This document shows, piece after piece, positions 49,731 to 59,649 of a stretch of 64,000 nt of DNA. Origin of the DNA: Patescibacteria group bacterium (GTDB taxonomy: Bacteria; Patescibacteriota; Microgenomatia; UBA8517). The notes beneath the pieces were generated by a model. That model worked only from the letters and a program-made list of their open reading frames with translations, was not told the DNA's origin and did no database searches. The first letter of the stretch is position 1. Every line of letters starts with the position of its first letter. Made by a program: the position numbers and the translations under genes. The stretch covers positions 11,271-75,270 of the forward strand of contig JAOAEL010000004.1 in NCBI GenBank assembly GCA_026416845.1. The letters are read 5' to 3'.

Positions 49731-51269
49731 ATGCTTGCTCGTGTTTTTTCTGGCACAATAGTTGGCTTGGAAGGAGTTTTGATTGAAGTTGAAGTTGATA
49801 TACCTCAATCCGGTTTCCCTTCTTTCACAATTGTTGGTTTACCTGACAAGGCAGTTGAAGAATCAAAGGAAAGAGTCAGGTCCGCTATAAAAAATACAGG
49901 CGCGGATTTTCCTCAAACGCGAATCACTGTTAATTTGGCTCCTGCCGATTTGCCTAAGGCAGGACCCGCTTATGATTTGCCAATTGCCATTGGAATACTT
50001 TTGGCGTCGGCTCAAATTAAATCTAATGAAGACACGAATGACTCTTTTTTTGTCGGGGAGCTTTCTTTGGATGGTTCTTTGCGCAAAACAAACGGAATTT
50101 TGCCGCTTACCCATCTTGCCAAGAAAAGGGGATTTAAGAAGATGTTTGTTCCTGTTGAAAACATTCGCGAAGCCGCAGTTATTGAAGGAATAGAGTTATA
50201 CGCGGTTGATACCTTATTGTCCCTTATCAGGCATTTGTTGGGAACATTGCCTATACCAAAGGCTCACACAATTGAAATCTCAAAAATCTTAAAAGAGACA
50301 AAATCAGATTTTGATTTCTCGGAAATAATTGGTCAGGAATTTGCAAAAAGAGCTATGGAAATTGCCGCCGCAGGCAATCACAATGTTTTTTTGGAAGGCG
50401 CCCCCGGGTCCGGGAAAACTATGTTGGCTCGCGCACTTCCTGGTATATTGCCTAAATTAACACAAGAAGAGGCTCTGGAGGTAAGCAAAATATACTCCAT
50501 TACAGGCAATTTGCGTATGGAAGAAGGTATTGTGACTTCAAGGCCATTTAGGAGTCCTCACCATACAACGAGCAGAATAGGACTAATTGGTGGCGGTTCG
50601 AATCTTCAGCCGGGCGAAGTTTCTCTTGCTCATAGAGGTGTATTGTTTCTGGATGAATTTCCTGAATTTCCAAGAAGTGTCATAGAAAGCCTTAGACAAC
50701 CTATGGAAGATGGTTATGTTCATATATCGCGAGCCAAAGGGAGCGTTACTTTCCCAGCTAATTTTTTGTTGGTTGCGGCCGCTAATCCTTGCCCTTGCGG
50801 TTTTTATGGTGATACCAGGAGAAAATGTGTTTGTTTGCAAGGACAAATAGTAAGATATCAAAAGAAAATTTCTGGTCCAATTTTAGATAGAATTGATTTG
50901 CATGTGAATGTGCCTGTTGTTGACACCCAAAAGCTTTTTTCCAACACAACCAAAAGGGAATCTTCCAAAAGTGTGCAAGATAGAGTGCAAAATGCGCGCA
51001 ATTTGCAAAAAGCAAGGTTTGATGGCGCTAATATTTTTGCCAATTCGGACATGAACAATAGACAAGTTAAAGAATACTGCCCGCTTTCTGATGAGTGCAA
51101 GAAGCTGATGTATGCCGCAGTTTCTGCAATGAATTTATCCACAAGATCTTTTTTTAAGATTATAAAAGTGGCGCGGACGATATGTGATTTAGAGGGACAA
51201 AAAAATATTACTCCAAGCGCTATAGCGGAAGCCATTCAGTTTAGAAACAGAGAATTTGGACAAAAATAA
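49731..51269 (+). CDS. comM: YifB/ComM Mg-chelatase-like AAA ATPase
   Basis: IVGLPD..V.ESKERV, VNLAPADLPK, GAPGSGKT, PFRSPHH, LAHRGVLFLDE, NPCPCG, DRID. Confidence 0.9.
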   Translation: MLARVFSGTIVGLEGVLIEVEVDIPQSGFPSFTIVGLPDKAVEESKERVRSAIKNTGADFPQTRITVNLAPADLPKAGPAYDLPIAIGILLASAQIKSNEDTNDSFFVGELSLDGSLRKTNGILPLTHLAKKRGFKKMFVPVENIREAAVIEGIELYAVDTLLSLIRHLLGTLPIPKAHTIEISKILKETKSDFDFSEIIGQEFAKRAMEIAAAGNHNVFLEGAPGSGKTMLARALPGILPKLTQEEALEVSKIYSITGNLRMEEGIVTSRPFRSPHHTTSRIGLIGGGSNLQPGEVSLAHRGVLFLDEFPEFPRSVIESLRQPMEDGYVHISRAKGSVTFPANFLLVAAANPCPCGFYGDTRRKCVCLQGQIVRYQKKISGPILDRIDLHVNVPVVDTQKLFSNTTKRESSKSVQDRVQNARNLQKARFDGANIFANSDMNNRQVKEYCPLSDECKKLMYAAVSAMNLSTRSFFKIIKVARTICDLEGQKNITPSAIAEAIQFRNREFGQK

Positions 51270-51271
51270 AA

Positions 51272-51454
51272 ATGTCAAAGAAAACCGCAAAATTGATTGT
51301 ATTTATAATAAACATAACAGTTTCGTTTGTTTTAGGCGGGGCTTATGCTGTGATAGGCAGACGCGATTTGGCAATTAATATATTGTTTTTGTTAGTTGGA
51401 ATTTTGTTATTAGTTTTTTTGATTAAAACTCTTTTAGACTTTTTTGAATCTTGA
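51272..51454 (+). CDS. small two-TM hypothetical protein
   Basis: ATG 2 nt after the comM stop; two hydrophobic helices. Confidence 0.5.
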   Translation: MSKKTAKLIVFIINITVSFVLGGAYAVIGRRDLAINILFLLVGILLLVFLIKTLLDFFES

Positions 51455-51512
51455 ACATTCAGGCTGTATCTGGTAGCTTTTTTGCGTTTGGCATTTTTAC
51501 AAACAAAAAGGT

Positions 51513-51968
51513 ATGAGATGTGTTTTGCAGGTGGTCAAAAAGGCGGTTGTGATTGAAGCTAAAACAAAACAAATTGCAGGCAGACTTTCTTCTGAAGGGG
51601 TTTTGGTTTTACTTGGCATAGGCAAAAATGATACTTACAAAGACGCTGAAATTCTTTCGAAAAAAATAATTTCTTTGAGAATTTTTATTGATGAATTTGG
51701 GAAAATGAACAAAAGTGTTTTAGACAAGCAATTTGGCGTGTTAGTAGTTTCCCAGTTTACTCTTTATGCCGATGTTAAAAAGGGCAATAGACCATCTTTT
51801 TTACAAGCCGCAAAGTCTGAGATGGCAAGAAAACTTTATAAATATTTTGTAAGCAGGATTAAGTCTTATGGCATTTTTGTGTCAACTGGTTCTTTTGGAC
51901 AGGAAATGAAAATACAAACAGAGTTGGCTGGTCCTGTGACAATTATTCTTGATTCAAAAAAGTTATAA
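51513..51968 (+). CDS. dtd: D-aminoacyl-tRNA deacylase
   Basis: LRIF, GKMN.S, VSQFTL, KGNRPSF, GPVT. Confidence 0.95.
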   Translation: MRCVLQVVKKAVVIEAKTKQIAGRLSSEGVLVLLGIGKNDTYKDAEILSKKIISLRIFIDEFGKMNKSVLDKQFGVLVVSQFTLYADVKKGNRPSFLQAAKSEMARKLYKYFVSRIKSYGIFVSTGSFGQEMKIQTELAGPVTIILDSKKL

Positions 51969-51969
51969 T

Positions 51970-52500
51970 ATGGACGTAACAAATATTAAACAAATTTTTG
52001 TGACAATATTATCCGTGTTTTATATTTTTTTTAATTTTACAAATCTAAATCGGAGCGATGCTTACCTTGCTAATTATAGAGAAATTACTGATACAAATGC
52101 CAATCAAACCGAACATGCGGTTAATCAAAATGATAAAAAAAATGTTTTGTTTGAAGAAATTAATAAAAAACGAGTTTCGAATTCTGTCAATAAACTTGAA
52201 TTAAGAGATGATTTGTGCAAAATAGCAGATGTTCGTTTAAATGAACAAATAAAGAATGGAAAATTGGATGGGCATATCGGCTTTGAGAAAATTAAAACAA
52301 ACCATCCTGATTTATCTGCAATTATAGACAATTATTCATTGGTTGCTGAATTTTTGGCTTACAAAGGGCGTGTTCCAAAAGAAATTGTTATTATGTGGGA
52401 CAATTCAAATGATCACAAAAAACTTTTTAAAGATCAGAATCTAAAGTATGGTTGTGCGCTTTTTAAATATCCTTATGCTGTTGCAATTGCCGCTAATTAA
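51970..52500 (+). CDS. CAP/SCP domain protein
   Basis: IN.KR...L...DDLC.IA, H.GF, W..S..H...F..., GC pattern; N-terminal hydrophobic segment. Confidence 0.7.
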   Translation: MDVTNIKQIFVTILSVFYIFFNFTNLNRSDAYLANYREITDTNANQTEHAVNQNDKKNVLFEEINKKRVSNSVNKLELRDDLCKIADVRLNEQIKNGKLDGHIGFEKIKTNHPDLSAIIDNYSLVAEFLAYKGRVPKEIVIMWDNSNDHKKLFKDQNLKYGCALFKYPYAVAIAAN

Positions 52501-53110
52501 TAAGTGAATTTTCTTTCAAAAAAGATAGGATTTTGTTTTTAGTTTTATATTGTCTTCCAATTGATACAAAAAGTTTGTTTGTTTCGCTCCAATAGCGTTT
52601 GGGGATAAATTCGTGCAATGCTTTTTCTGTTTGAGCGGGAGTTTTTGTATTTACCCAGCCCAACATATTGGCAATTTTGTGAACGTGCGTGTCTACTGCG
52701 ATTGCGGGTTTAGCAAAAACTCTATTCAAAACCAGATTTGCTGTTTTGCTACCAACTCCTGGGAGTTGTACTAGCTTGTCTTTGGTAGAGGGAATTTTGC
52801 CTTTATGTTCGTTGATTATTTTTAAAGCTAGATTTTTTAAATTTTTAGCTTTGGTTTTATAAAATCCCACAGGATAAATAAGTCTTTCTATTTCAGAAAC
52901 ATTAAGTTTTGCCAATTCAAAGATATTATTTGCTTTTGCGAAAAGCTTTTCTGAAGCCAGGTATGTAACTTCATCTTTTGTTCTTGCCGACAAAAGGGTG
53001 GAGATGAGAGTTTTATATGGATCGTTTTTATACACTTCAAGTGGCACTAATGCGTAGTTTTTTCTGAAAATTCTATAAACACGATCTATTTTTTCTCTAG
53101 TCCATTTCAT
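52493..53110 (-). CDS. nth: endonuclease III-like HhH-GPD glycosylase lacking the Fe-S motif
   Basis: LLSARTKD, GFYKTKA, HhH LPGVGSKTANLVL, VDTHV. Confidence 0.88.
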   Translation of the reverse strand: MKWTREKIDRVYRIFRKNYALVPLEVYKNDPYKTLISTLLSARTKDEVTYLASEKLFAKANNIFELAKLNVSEIERLIYPVGFYKTKAKNLKNLALKIINEHKGKIPSTKDKLVQLPGVGSKTANLVLNRVFAKPAIAVDTHVHKIANMLGWVNTKTPAQTEKALHEFIPKRYWSETNKLFVSIGRQYKTKNKILSFLKENSLIN

Positions 53111-53115
53111 TGATT

Positions 53116-53352
53116 TCAAAAACGCTCAAGATAAAAATAGATGAAAATTTGTGAAAAAATAATGATTGCCGCGACTATTAAACTTTTTGATATATCTTTA
53201 GTAGTAGTGTTTTCAATTTTTTCTTGTCCTAATTTTGCTTTTGTGGTTTTTGCGCTTGCAAGTTTGTCAGTTGTGTTATTTGGGATCCACGATATGGTTC
53301 GATGAGCGTTTATTTTCTCTTTTCTGGTACGCCTTGCCTTTTGTAAATACAT
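53116..53352 (-). CDS. small hypothetical protein with C-terminal TM
   Basis: Basic N-terminus; C-terminal DI.KSL + hydrophobic helix; adjacent to nth. Confidence 0.5.
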   Translation of the reverse strand: MYLQKARRTRKEKINAHRTISWIPNNTTDKLASAKTTKAKLGQEKIENTTTKDISKSLIVAAIIIFSQIFIYFYLERF

Positions 53353-53671
53353 GTTTTTAGATAACCTAGTATAGCAAAATAAAATGATTTTGGTGTTATC
53401 TCGTTGGTTTTAAATTTTTGAATGTTTTAGCGTTGATTTTAAATTACTCAATCTTTAATCTGGTGTTAGTTAATTGATCATGTTCTTGCCTTTTATAGGG
53501 TTGTTTTTTGTCTAGTAATTTATTTTTTTATGTAGTGTGTTCTATGTGTGTATTTTATAAAACACGGCTTCTTGACATAAAAAATTTAGGATGCAACAAT
53601 TACTGAGTTAATTATGTACCCTTTTTAGACTTTAGATGAAACTGCTTTATGATCTTTTTATTTATTAGCTG

Positions 53672-54142
53672 ATGGGTATATTAATTTACCTAATTATAGC
53701 TCTTTTTGTATGTATAGCTGTCTTAGGATTTCTCTTGTTTAGAATGCATGCCTTTTTTAGAGTTTTGTCAAAAGATGTTAAGGGACAAAATCTTATTGAT
53801 CTTTTAGAACAAATCATAAAAAGGATTGATAAAAGCGAGTCGCGTTTATCTGAGCTAAGTAAGCAGTTGTCTTTAGTTAAATCGGATCAAAGAAAATGTT
53901 TGCAAAGGGTAGGTTATATTCGATTTAATCCATTTAATGACATGGGTGGAGATCAAAGTTTTTGTTTAACATTGCTTAATGGAGAGCTTGATGGGATAAT
54001 TATTACCAGTTTGCATTCAAGAAATATGACAAGAATTTATTTGAAACCAGTAAAAGATGGGAAAAGTAATTTTATTTTGTCGAAAGAAGAAAAAAAGTCT
54101 CTAGAGATTGCGATTGGGTTGCAACGTAATAAAAAAATGTAA
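53672..54142 (+). CDS. DUF4446-like membrane-anchored protein
   Basis: RFNPFNDMGGDQSF.L.LL, G.IITSLHSR, Y.KP, LS.EE. Confidence 0.75.
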   Translation: MGILIYLIIALFVCIAVLGFLLFRMHAFFRVLSKDVKGQNLIDLLEQIIKRIDKSESRLSELSKQLSLVKSDQRKCLQRVGYIRFNPFNDMGGDQSFCLTLLNGELDGIIITSLHSRNMTRIYLKPVKDGKSNFILSKEEKKSLEIAIGLQRNKKM

Positions 54143-54168
54143 TATTAAAATTAATTAAGATTTATTAT

Positions 54169-55377
54169 ATGAATTTAAAAAATCGAGTATTTTTGGTAAG
54201 TTCTTTAGCAAGTATCTATCTTTTGGTTTTTGGCATTTCTTGGATGATTTTCAATTCTTTAGAAGTTGATTCAAAGGTTTTGAATTTGGTTGAAAACTTA
54301 AATTCGAAACAAAAAATTGATTCTTCACTTCCTAAAACTGAAGAGTGTCCTTTAAATGGACAAATGTTTACTTTAACTGAAAAGCAAATTTGGGAAGAGA
54401 GACGTCCTATTGTTGCGATAATTGAAAATCATGAAGATTCAAGACCTCAATCTGGTTTAGGTAGTGCCGATATAGTTTATGAAGCTGTCGCTGAAGGAGG
54501 AATAACCAGATTTTTGGCAGTAATGTATTGTGATATTGCTTATGCTGGTGTAAAAATCGGACCGATTAGAAGTGCCAGGGTATATTTCATAAATTGGGCA
54601 GCTGAGTATGGAGATAGCCCTTTATTTGTTCATGTGGGTGGGGCAAATAATATTTGCAGAAATTGTCCAGGTGGAGTTAAACCTGTTGGTCAAATATCAA
54701 AAGAGGTAGATGCGTTTAAGATGTTAGATAAGTTAGGATGGAGAGGTGCACGAAGAAATGCTTTTGATGGTGGAACAAACGTAGGTTATCCAATCATGGT
54801 TCGTGATGTGAATCGTCTTAATCGTGAAGTGGCTTGGGAACATACTTTTGTTGGTTTTACAGACAAAATTTATGAAGAGGCTAAAGCTCGTGGTTTTAGC
54901 GCGATTGGTGAAAATGGCAAAGCATGGGATGCTAACTTTGTGATGTGGAGATTTTCAGACAATAATCCTATTCTTTATCCAAAAACTAGTAGAATATCTT
55001 TTGGGTTTTGGCAGAATAAGCCTAATTATGATGTTTTTTGGGAATACGATGCCTCGTCTAATAGTTACAAAAGATTTAATGGTGGTGTTAGGCATGTTGA
55101 TCATGAAACAGGTGAGCAAATATCCGCACAAAATTTATTGATACAATTTGTTAAAGAAAGAGGCCCAGTAGATAATGAGGGTCATATGTTTTATCAAAAT
55201 ATTGGCAAAGGAAAAGGATTGTTGTTTCAAAATGGCGATGTGATAGATATAATTTGGGAGAAAGCTAATCAATTTAGTAGGACTAGGTATTATGACAAGA
55301 TGGGGAAAGAAGTATCTTTTGTTCGGGGTAAAATATGGATAGAAGCTGTGCCCGATGGGAACAAGATAGAATATTAA
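54169..55377 (+). CDS. DUF3048 (YerB-like) protein
   Basis: IENH..SRPQSGL..ADIVYE..EGGITRF, GPIRSAR, G..WI. Confidence 0.8.
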   Translation: MNLKNRVFLVSSLASIYLLVFGISWMIFNSLEVDSKVLNLVENLNSKQKIDSSLPKTEECPLNGQMFTLTEKQIWEERRPIVAIIENHEDSRPQSGLGSADIVYEAVAEGGITRFLAVMYCDIAYAGVKIGPIRSARVYFINWAAEYGDSPLFVHVGGANNICRNCPGGVKPVGQISKEVDAFKMLDKLGWRGARRNAFDGGTNVGYPIMVRDVNRLNREVAWEHTFVGFTDKIYEEAKARGFSAIGENGKAWDANFVMWRFSDNNPILYPKTSRISFGFWQNKPNYDVFWEYDASSNSYKRFNGGVRHVDHETGEQISAQNLLIQFVKERGPVDNEGHMFYQNIGKGKGLLFQNGDVIDIIWEKANQFSRTRYYDKMGKEVSFVRGKIWIEAVPDGNKIEY

Positions 55378-55416
55378 TTGCACAAGAGATTTTTTCTTCT
55401 GCCTTCGATTACTTAC

Positions 55417-56001
55417 ATGGCCGAACTCTCGGATATTATCACATCTAAAGTAAGAGTAAAAATAATTGAACTTCTTTGGTCCAATGTCACAGAAATTTAT
55501 CATGTTCGTGAAATTGTGAGGCGTGTTGGCGAGGAAATAAATGCTGTAAGAAGAGAGCTTAAAAACTTAGAAGATGGTGGGCTTCTTAAAAAAGAGCAAA
55601 GAGGAAACAGGCTTTATTATTGGGCAAGACCAGAATATCCATTTTTTGGCGAAATTTTGGCAATAATTGCAAAAACAACCGGACTTGGTAAAGAGATTAT
55701 TGTTAATAAAAGCAAGTTAGGAAAAATTTTGTTTGTTATGTTTTCAGGCAGGTTTGTTAGAAGAAAACCTCGAAAGCATGATGATGATGTGGATATTTTA
55801 GTAGTAGGAGAGGTAGTTTTAGCAGAACTTGCTCAACTAATAAGAAAAGAAGAATCAAAACGCAGTCAGGAGATAAATTATACAGTCATGGGTCGCGATG
55901 AATTTGATTTCAGAAAAAAAAGACGCGATCCCTTTTTGCAAGGAATATTGTTAGGTAGTAGGGTAATGATTATAGGTGATGAGGAAGATTTGGTTGGTTA
56001 A
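55417..56001 (+). CDS. winged-helix protein with degenerate nucleotidyltransferase-like domain
   Basis: SKVRVKI, HVREIVR..EEINAVRREL..L; C-terminal SG...DVDILVVG and EINYTVM. Confidence 0.65.
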   Translation: MAELSDIITSKVRVKIIELLWSNVTEIYHVREIVRRVGEEINAVRRELKNLEDGGLLKKEQRGNRLYYWARPEYPFFGEILAIIAKTTGLGKEIIVNKSKLGKILFVMFSGRFVRRKPRKHDDDVDILVVGEVVLAELAQLIRKEESKRSQEINYTVMGRDEFDFRKKRRDPFLQGILLGSRVMIIGDEEDLVG

Positions 56002-56010
56002 GTTTTTTTT

Positions 56011-57327
56011 ATGAGAAAAATGATTTCCAGATTAGTTGTCATTTTCTTGATTTTAGTTTTTGCAACATATATTGCTTTGCCGCAAGAATATTTTTTCAAT
56101 GTCAATGTGCCTTACTTTTCTTATCAATTTCAATTTAAAAAACCGCAATTGGATATAAATTTTTTTGGGTTTAATCTTAATGAAAGACAGAATCTCAAAC
56201 TAGGTCTTGATTTAGCAGGTGGAAGTCGTATGGTTTTTGAGGCTGATACATCAGGTATAGATCAGTCTAGAAAACAATTCGCACTTGATGGTTTAAAAAG
56301 CATAATAGAAAAAAGAGTTAATCTTTTTGGTATTTCTGAACCTGAAGTGAGATTATCCACTTTTGAAGGTAAAGATAGAATTATTGTTGAATTGCCAGGT
56401 ATAAAAGATACAAAGGAAGCAAATATCTTGATTGGTTCTACAGCTCAGCTAGTTTTTGCAGAATTAGGTTCAGAAGATAATCCTGGCTTGATCCCTACTG
56501 ATTTAACTGGAGCTGACCTTGAAAGTTCTGATGTAATATATGATCAAACAACCGGTAAGCCGGTGATTGCAATAAGTTTCACAAAGGAGGGCGAAGAAAA
56601 ATTTGCTGAAATCACTGCCAGAAATGTTGGCAAGGTTTTACCTATTTTAATTGATGGAATGCCCATATCAGCTCCTTTGGTTCAAGAGAAAATAACTGGC
56701 GGAAAGGCAGTTATAAGTGGAGACTTCAGCCTAAATGATGCAAAATCTTTGTCAATACAGCTTAACGCTGGAGCACTTCCTGTTCCTGTGACGTTAGTGG
56801 AGCAAAGAGTTGTGGGAGCCGCTCTTGGCGCTGATTCGATACAAAAAAGCATCAACGCCGGGATAATTGGTATTTGCATGGTCGCTATTTTTATGCTTTT
56901 GATTTATAAAAATTTAGGCTTTGTCGCGCTTTTTGCTTTATTTTCTTTTAGTGTAATTACGATTTGTTTGTATAAACTTGTGCCAATAGTGTTGACACTT
57001 CCGGGGATTGCCGGATTTTTGCTTTCTGTTGGCATGGCTGTTGATTCAAATATCTTGATTTTTGAAAGGTTCAAAGAAGAGAAAAGGAGAAGATTGTTGG
57101 CTGATGCTCTTGAAGTTTCTTTTGGAAAAGCTTGGGATTCTATACGTGATGCAAATATTGCGACTTTAGTGACGGCTTTTGTTTTGGCCAATCCTTTTGA
57201 TTTTTCTTTTTTGCATACATCAGGCCCTGTTAGGGGATTTGCTATCACTTTGGCTTTGGGGATTTTTGTTAGTTTGTTTACTGGTTTATTTATTAGCAGG
57301 ACTATTATGAGAGCTTTTATTCGTTAA
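56011..57327 (+). CDS. secD: protein translocase subunit SecD
   Basis: LGLDLAGG, RVNLFGISEP, LNAGALP, TLPGIAG, GMAVDSNILIFER. Confidence 0.96.
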   Translation: MRKMISRLVVIFLILVFATYIALPQEYFFNVNVPYFSYQFQFKKPQLDINFFGFNLNERQNLKLGLDLAGGSRMVFEADTSGIDQSRKQFALDGLKSIIEKRVNLFGISEPEVRLSTFEGKDRIIVELPGIKDTKEANILIGSTAQLVFAELGSEDNPGLIPTDLTGADLESSDVIYDQTTGKPVIAISFTKEGEEKFAEITARNVGKVLPILIDGMPISAPLVQEKITGGKAVISGDFSLNDAKSLSIQLNAGALPVPVTLVEQRVVGAALGADSIQKSINAGIIGICMVAIFMLLIYKNLGFVALFALFSFSVITICLYKLVPIVLTLPGIAGFLLSVGMAVDSNILIFERFKEEKRRRLLADALEVSFGKAWDSIRDANIATLVTAFVLANPFDFSFLHTSGPVRGFAITLALGIFVSLFTGLFISRTIMRAFIR

Positions 57328-58206
57328 ATGAATATTAATTGGTTAAGCTACTGTAAATTTTATTTGATTATTTCGCTCTTTTTTATAATTAGCGGATTGG
57401 TAGGTGTTTTCTTGTGGGGTTTGCCTTTAGGTATTGATTTTAAAGGTGGAGTGATAGCAGAGTATAAATTTGAATCTTCAGTAAAAACTGATTTTCTGAT
57501 TGTTGAACTGTCCAATAAAGGTGTTAGTGTTTCAGCAATTCAACCTGCAGATGATGGAAATTACATCTTCAAAATTGCAAGTTCTGACAACGAACTTAAG
57601 GATTCTTTGGATAAATATTTAAAAGAAATCTATCCAGATTTAAATTTTGAACAATTAAGGTTTGAATCAGTTGGTCCATCAATTGGACCGGAAATGATTC
57701 GCAAAACATTTTACGCGGTTTTGATTTCTTCAATTGCAATTTTATTATGGGTTGCATATCAATTTAGAAATTTTAGATATGGACTATCGGCAATTATTGC
57801 TATGTTGCATGACACATTTATACTTGTTTCTAGTTTTGCTTTCTTTGGTCGCTTTTGGAGTGCAACTGTTGATTTTTTGTTTGTTACTGCAGTCTTAACT
57901 ACATTGTCTTTTTCAGTGCATGATACGATAGTTGTTTTTGATAGGATAAGAGAACTTAAAGCAAAGGCAATTGGGGATATATCTGAAGTTGCTAATCTAG
58001 CAATTAATCAAACCATGGTTAGGTCTCTTAACAATTCTTTCACAATAATATTTATGCTTTTTGCTCTTATTTTATTTGGCGGATCATCTGTTTTTTGGTT
58101 TGCGATTGCTTTGTTGGTTGGGACAATTGCAGGCACTTATTCTTCGCCGTTTGTTGCTGTTCCGGTTTTGGTTTATTTGACTAAACTAAAAGAGAAAAAG
58201 TTTTAA
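57328..58206 (+). CDS. secF: protein translocase subunit SecF
   Basis: GIDFKGG, VGPSIG, HD, SVHDTIVVFDRIRE, GTYSS. Confidence 0.96.
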   Translation: MNINWLSYCKFYLIISLFFIISGLVGVFLWGLPLGIDFKGGVIAEYKFESSVKTDFLIVELSNKGVSVSAIQPADDGNYIFKIASSDNELKDSLDKYLKEIYPDLNFEQLRFESVGPSIGPEMIRKTFYAVLISSIAILLWVAYQFRNFRYGLSAIIAMLHDTFILVSSFAFFGRFWSATVDFLFVTAVLTTLSFSVHDTIVVFDRIRELKAKAIGDISEVANLAINQTMVRSLNNSFTIIFMLFALILFGGSSVFWFAIALLVGTIAGTYSSPFVAVPVLVYLTKLKEKKF

Positions 58207-59594
58207 GCCTCAGTTTTTAAAGATTTAATGTATTGAACCAAAGCATCTCTTTCGTTTTCCAGCTCTTTATTTTCGACTTTTTTAAAGATGTCATTTAACA
58301 CTTCGCCGACTTTTTTGCCTGGAGGAATGTTTAATATCTCCATTACATCATGTCCTGTAACTTTTATATCCTTTAGACTAAAGGGTTGTTTTTGCACTTC
58401 AATTAATCTTTTTTTAAAGTTTTCCAATCTCCAAGAAGTTAGTTTTGCTCCACTTCCAAGTCTATCGCCTATTCGCAAATCAATCATGTCTGGGATTAAT
58501 TGAGGAGTTACATTTCTTATAAATCTTCTTAATGCAGAGTCTGTCTGATTTTCATTTACTGTAAATTGATGGTATCTAACTAGCCTTACCAATTTGTCTT
58601 TTTGTTCATTAGAAAATCTTAATCTTTCCGCGATTCGTCTTGCTATTATGGCTCCGACTACCTCATGGTTGTAAAAAGTTATTGTCCCGCTTGGTAAAAC
58701 TTTGAATGTTTGGGGTTTGCCTATGTCATGTATTAAAGTTGCAAATCGCACTATTGGGTCTTTATTTATCTCTGACACAAATTTAAGAGAATCAAGCGAG
58801 TGTGTCCATACATCTGATATATGGTGCCTTCCGGGAGATTTTTGTTCAACTCCATATGTTTTTGTCATCTCAGGCAAAATGTGCTCTAGCAGAAGGGTCT
58901 CTTTAAGAAGTATGATACCTTTATGTGGTTTAGGAGATGAAAATATTTTAATTAACTCGTCTCGAATTCTCTCTTTTGAGATTTTATTTATTAAATCACT
59001 ATGTTTTTTGATTGCTTCAAGTGTGTTTTCCTCGATATTAAATCCCAATTCTGAAGCTATTCTTACCGCTCTCACAAGTCTCAGAGCGTCTTCGCTAAAA
59101 CGATCGTGTGGTTCACCAACTGCTTTTATGATTTTTTCATTTAAGTCCTTTTTGCCGTCAAAGTAATCAATCAAATTAACTTCAAGAAGGTCTTTTCTTT
59201 TTTGATTATCTAAATTTACTTCTAGTGCTAATGCGTTGATTGTAAAGTCTCGCCTTTGCAAGTCTTCTTTAAGCGTTTTGCCCCATCTTACTTCATTTGG
59301 TCTTCTGTGATCTGAATAACCGCCATGTTCTGTTCGGAATGTAGTTATCTCAAAAGGTTTTAGATCTTTTGTTTCACTTGGGACACCTACAGTCCCAAAG
59401 GAGTTTGTGTAGTAGGAATTAGGTAGAAATGCTAGCATTTCTTCTGGTGTTGCGGAGGTAGTAAAATCCCAATCTGAGACTTCTTTGCCCATTAAGATAT
59501 CTCTTACAGCGCCTCCTACTATATATATGGGGTATTTATGTTTTTGGAATTCTTTGATAATTGTTACCACTTCTTTTGGAATTGCAATCAACAT
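58203..59594 (-). CDS. cca: CCA-adding tRNA nucleotidyltransferase with HD domain
   Basis: VGGAVRD, DWD, EITTFR, DLQRRDFTINA, EDALR, ERI..E, HDIGKP. Confidence 0.9.
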   Translation of the reverse strand: MLIAIPKEVVTIIKEFQKHKYPIYIVGGAVRDILMGKEVSDWDFTTSATPEEMLAFLPNSYYTNSFGTVGVPSETKDLKPFEITTFRTEHGGYSDHRRPNEVRWGKTLKEDLQRRDFTINALALEVNLDNQKRKDLLEVNLIDYFDGKKDLNEKIIKAVGEPHDRFSEDALRLVRAVRIASELGFNIEENTLEAIKKHSDLINKISKERIRDELIKIFSSPKPHKGIILLKETLLLEHILPEMTKTYGVEQKSPGRHHISDVWTHSLDSLKFVSEINKDPIVRFATLIHDIGKPQTFKVLPSGTITFYNHEVVGAIIARRIAERLRFSNEQKDKLVRLVRYHQFTVNENQTDSALRRFIRNVTPQLIPDMIDLRIGDRLGSGAKLTSWRLENFKKRLIEVQKQPFSLKDIKVTGHDVMEILNIPPGKKVGEVLNDIFKKVENKELENERDALVQYIKSLKTEA

Positions 59595-59649
59595 ATGCTA
59601 ATTATACTTTTAGCGTTATATGTTTTAAACTGGATTAAAATTTTTGTTT

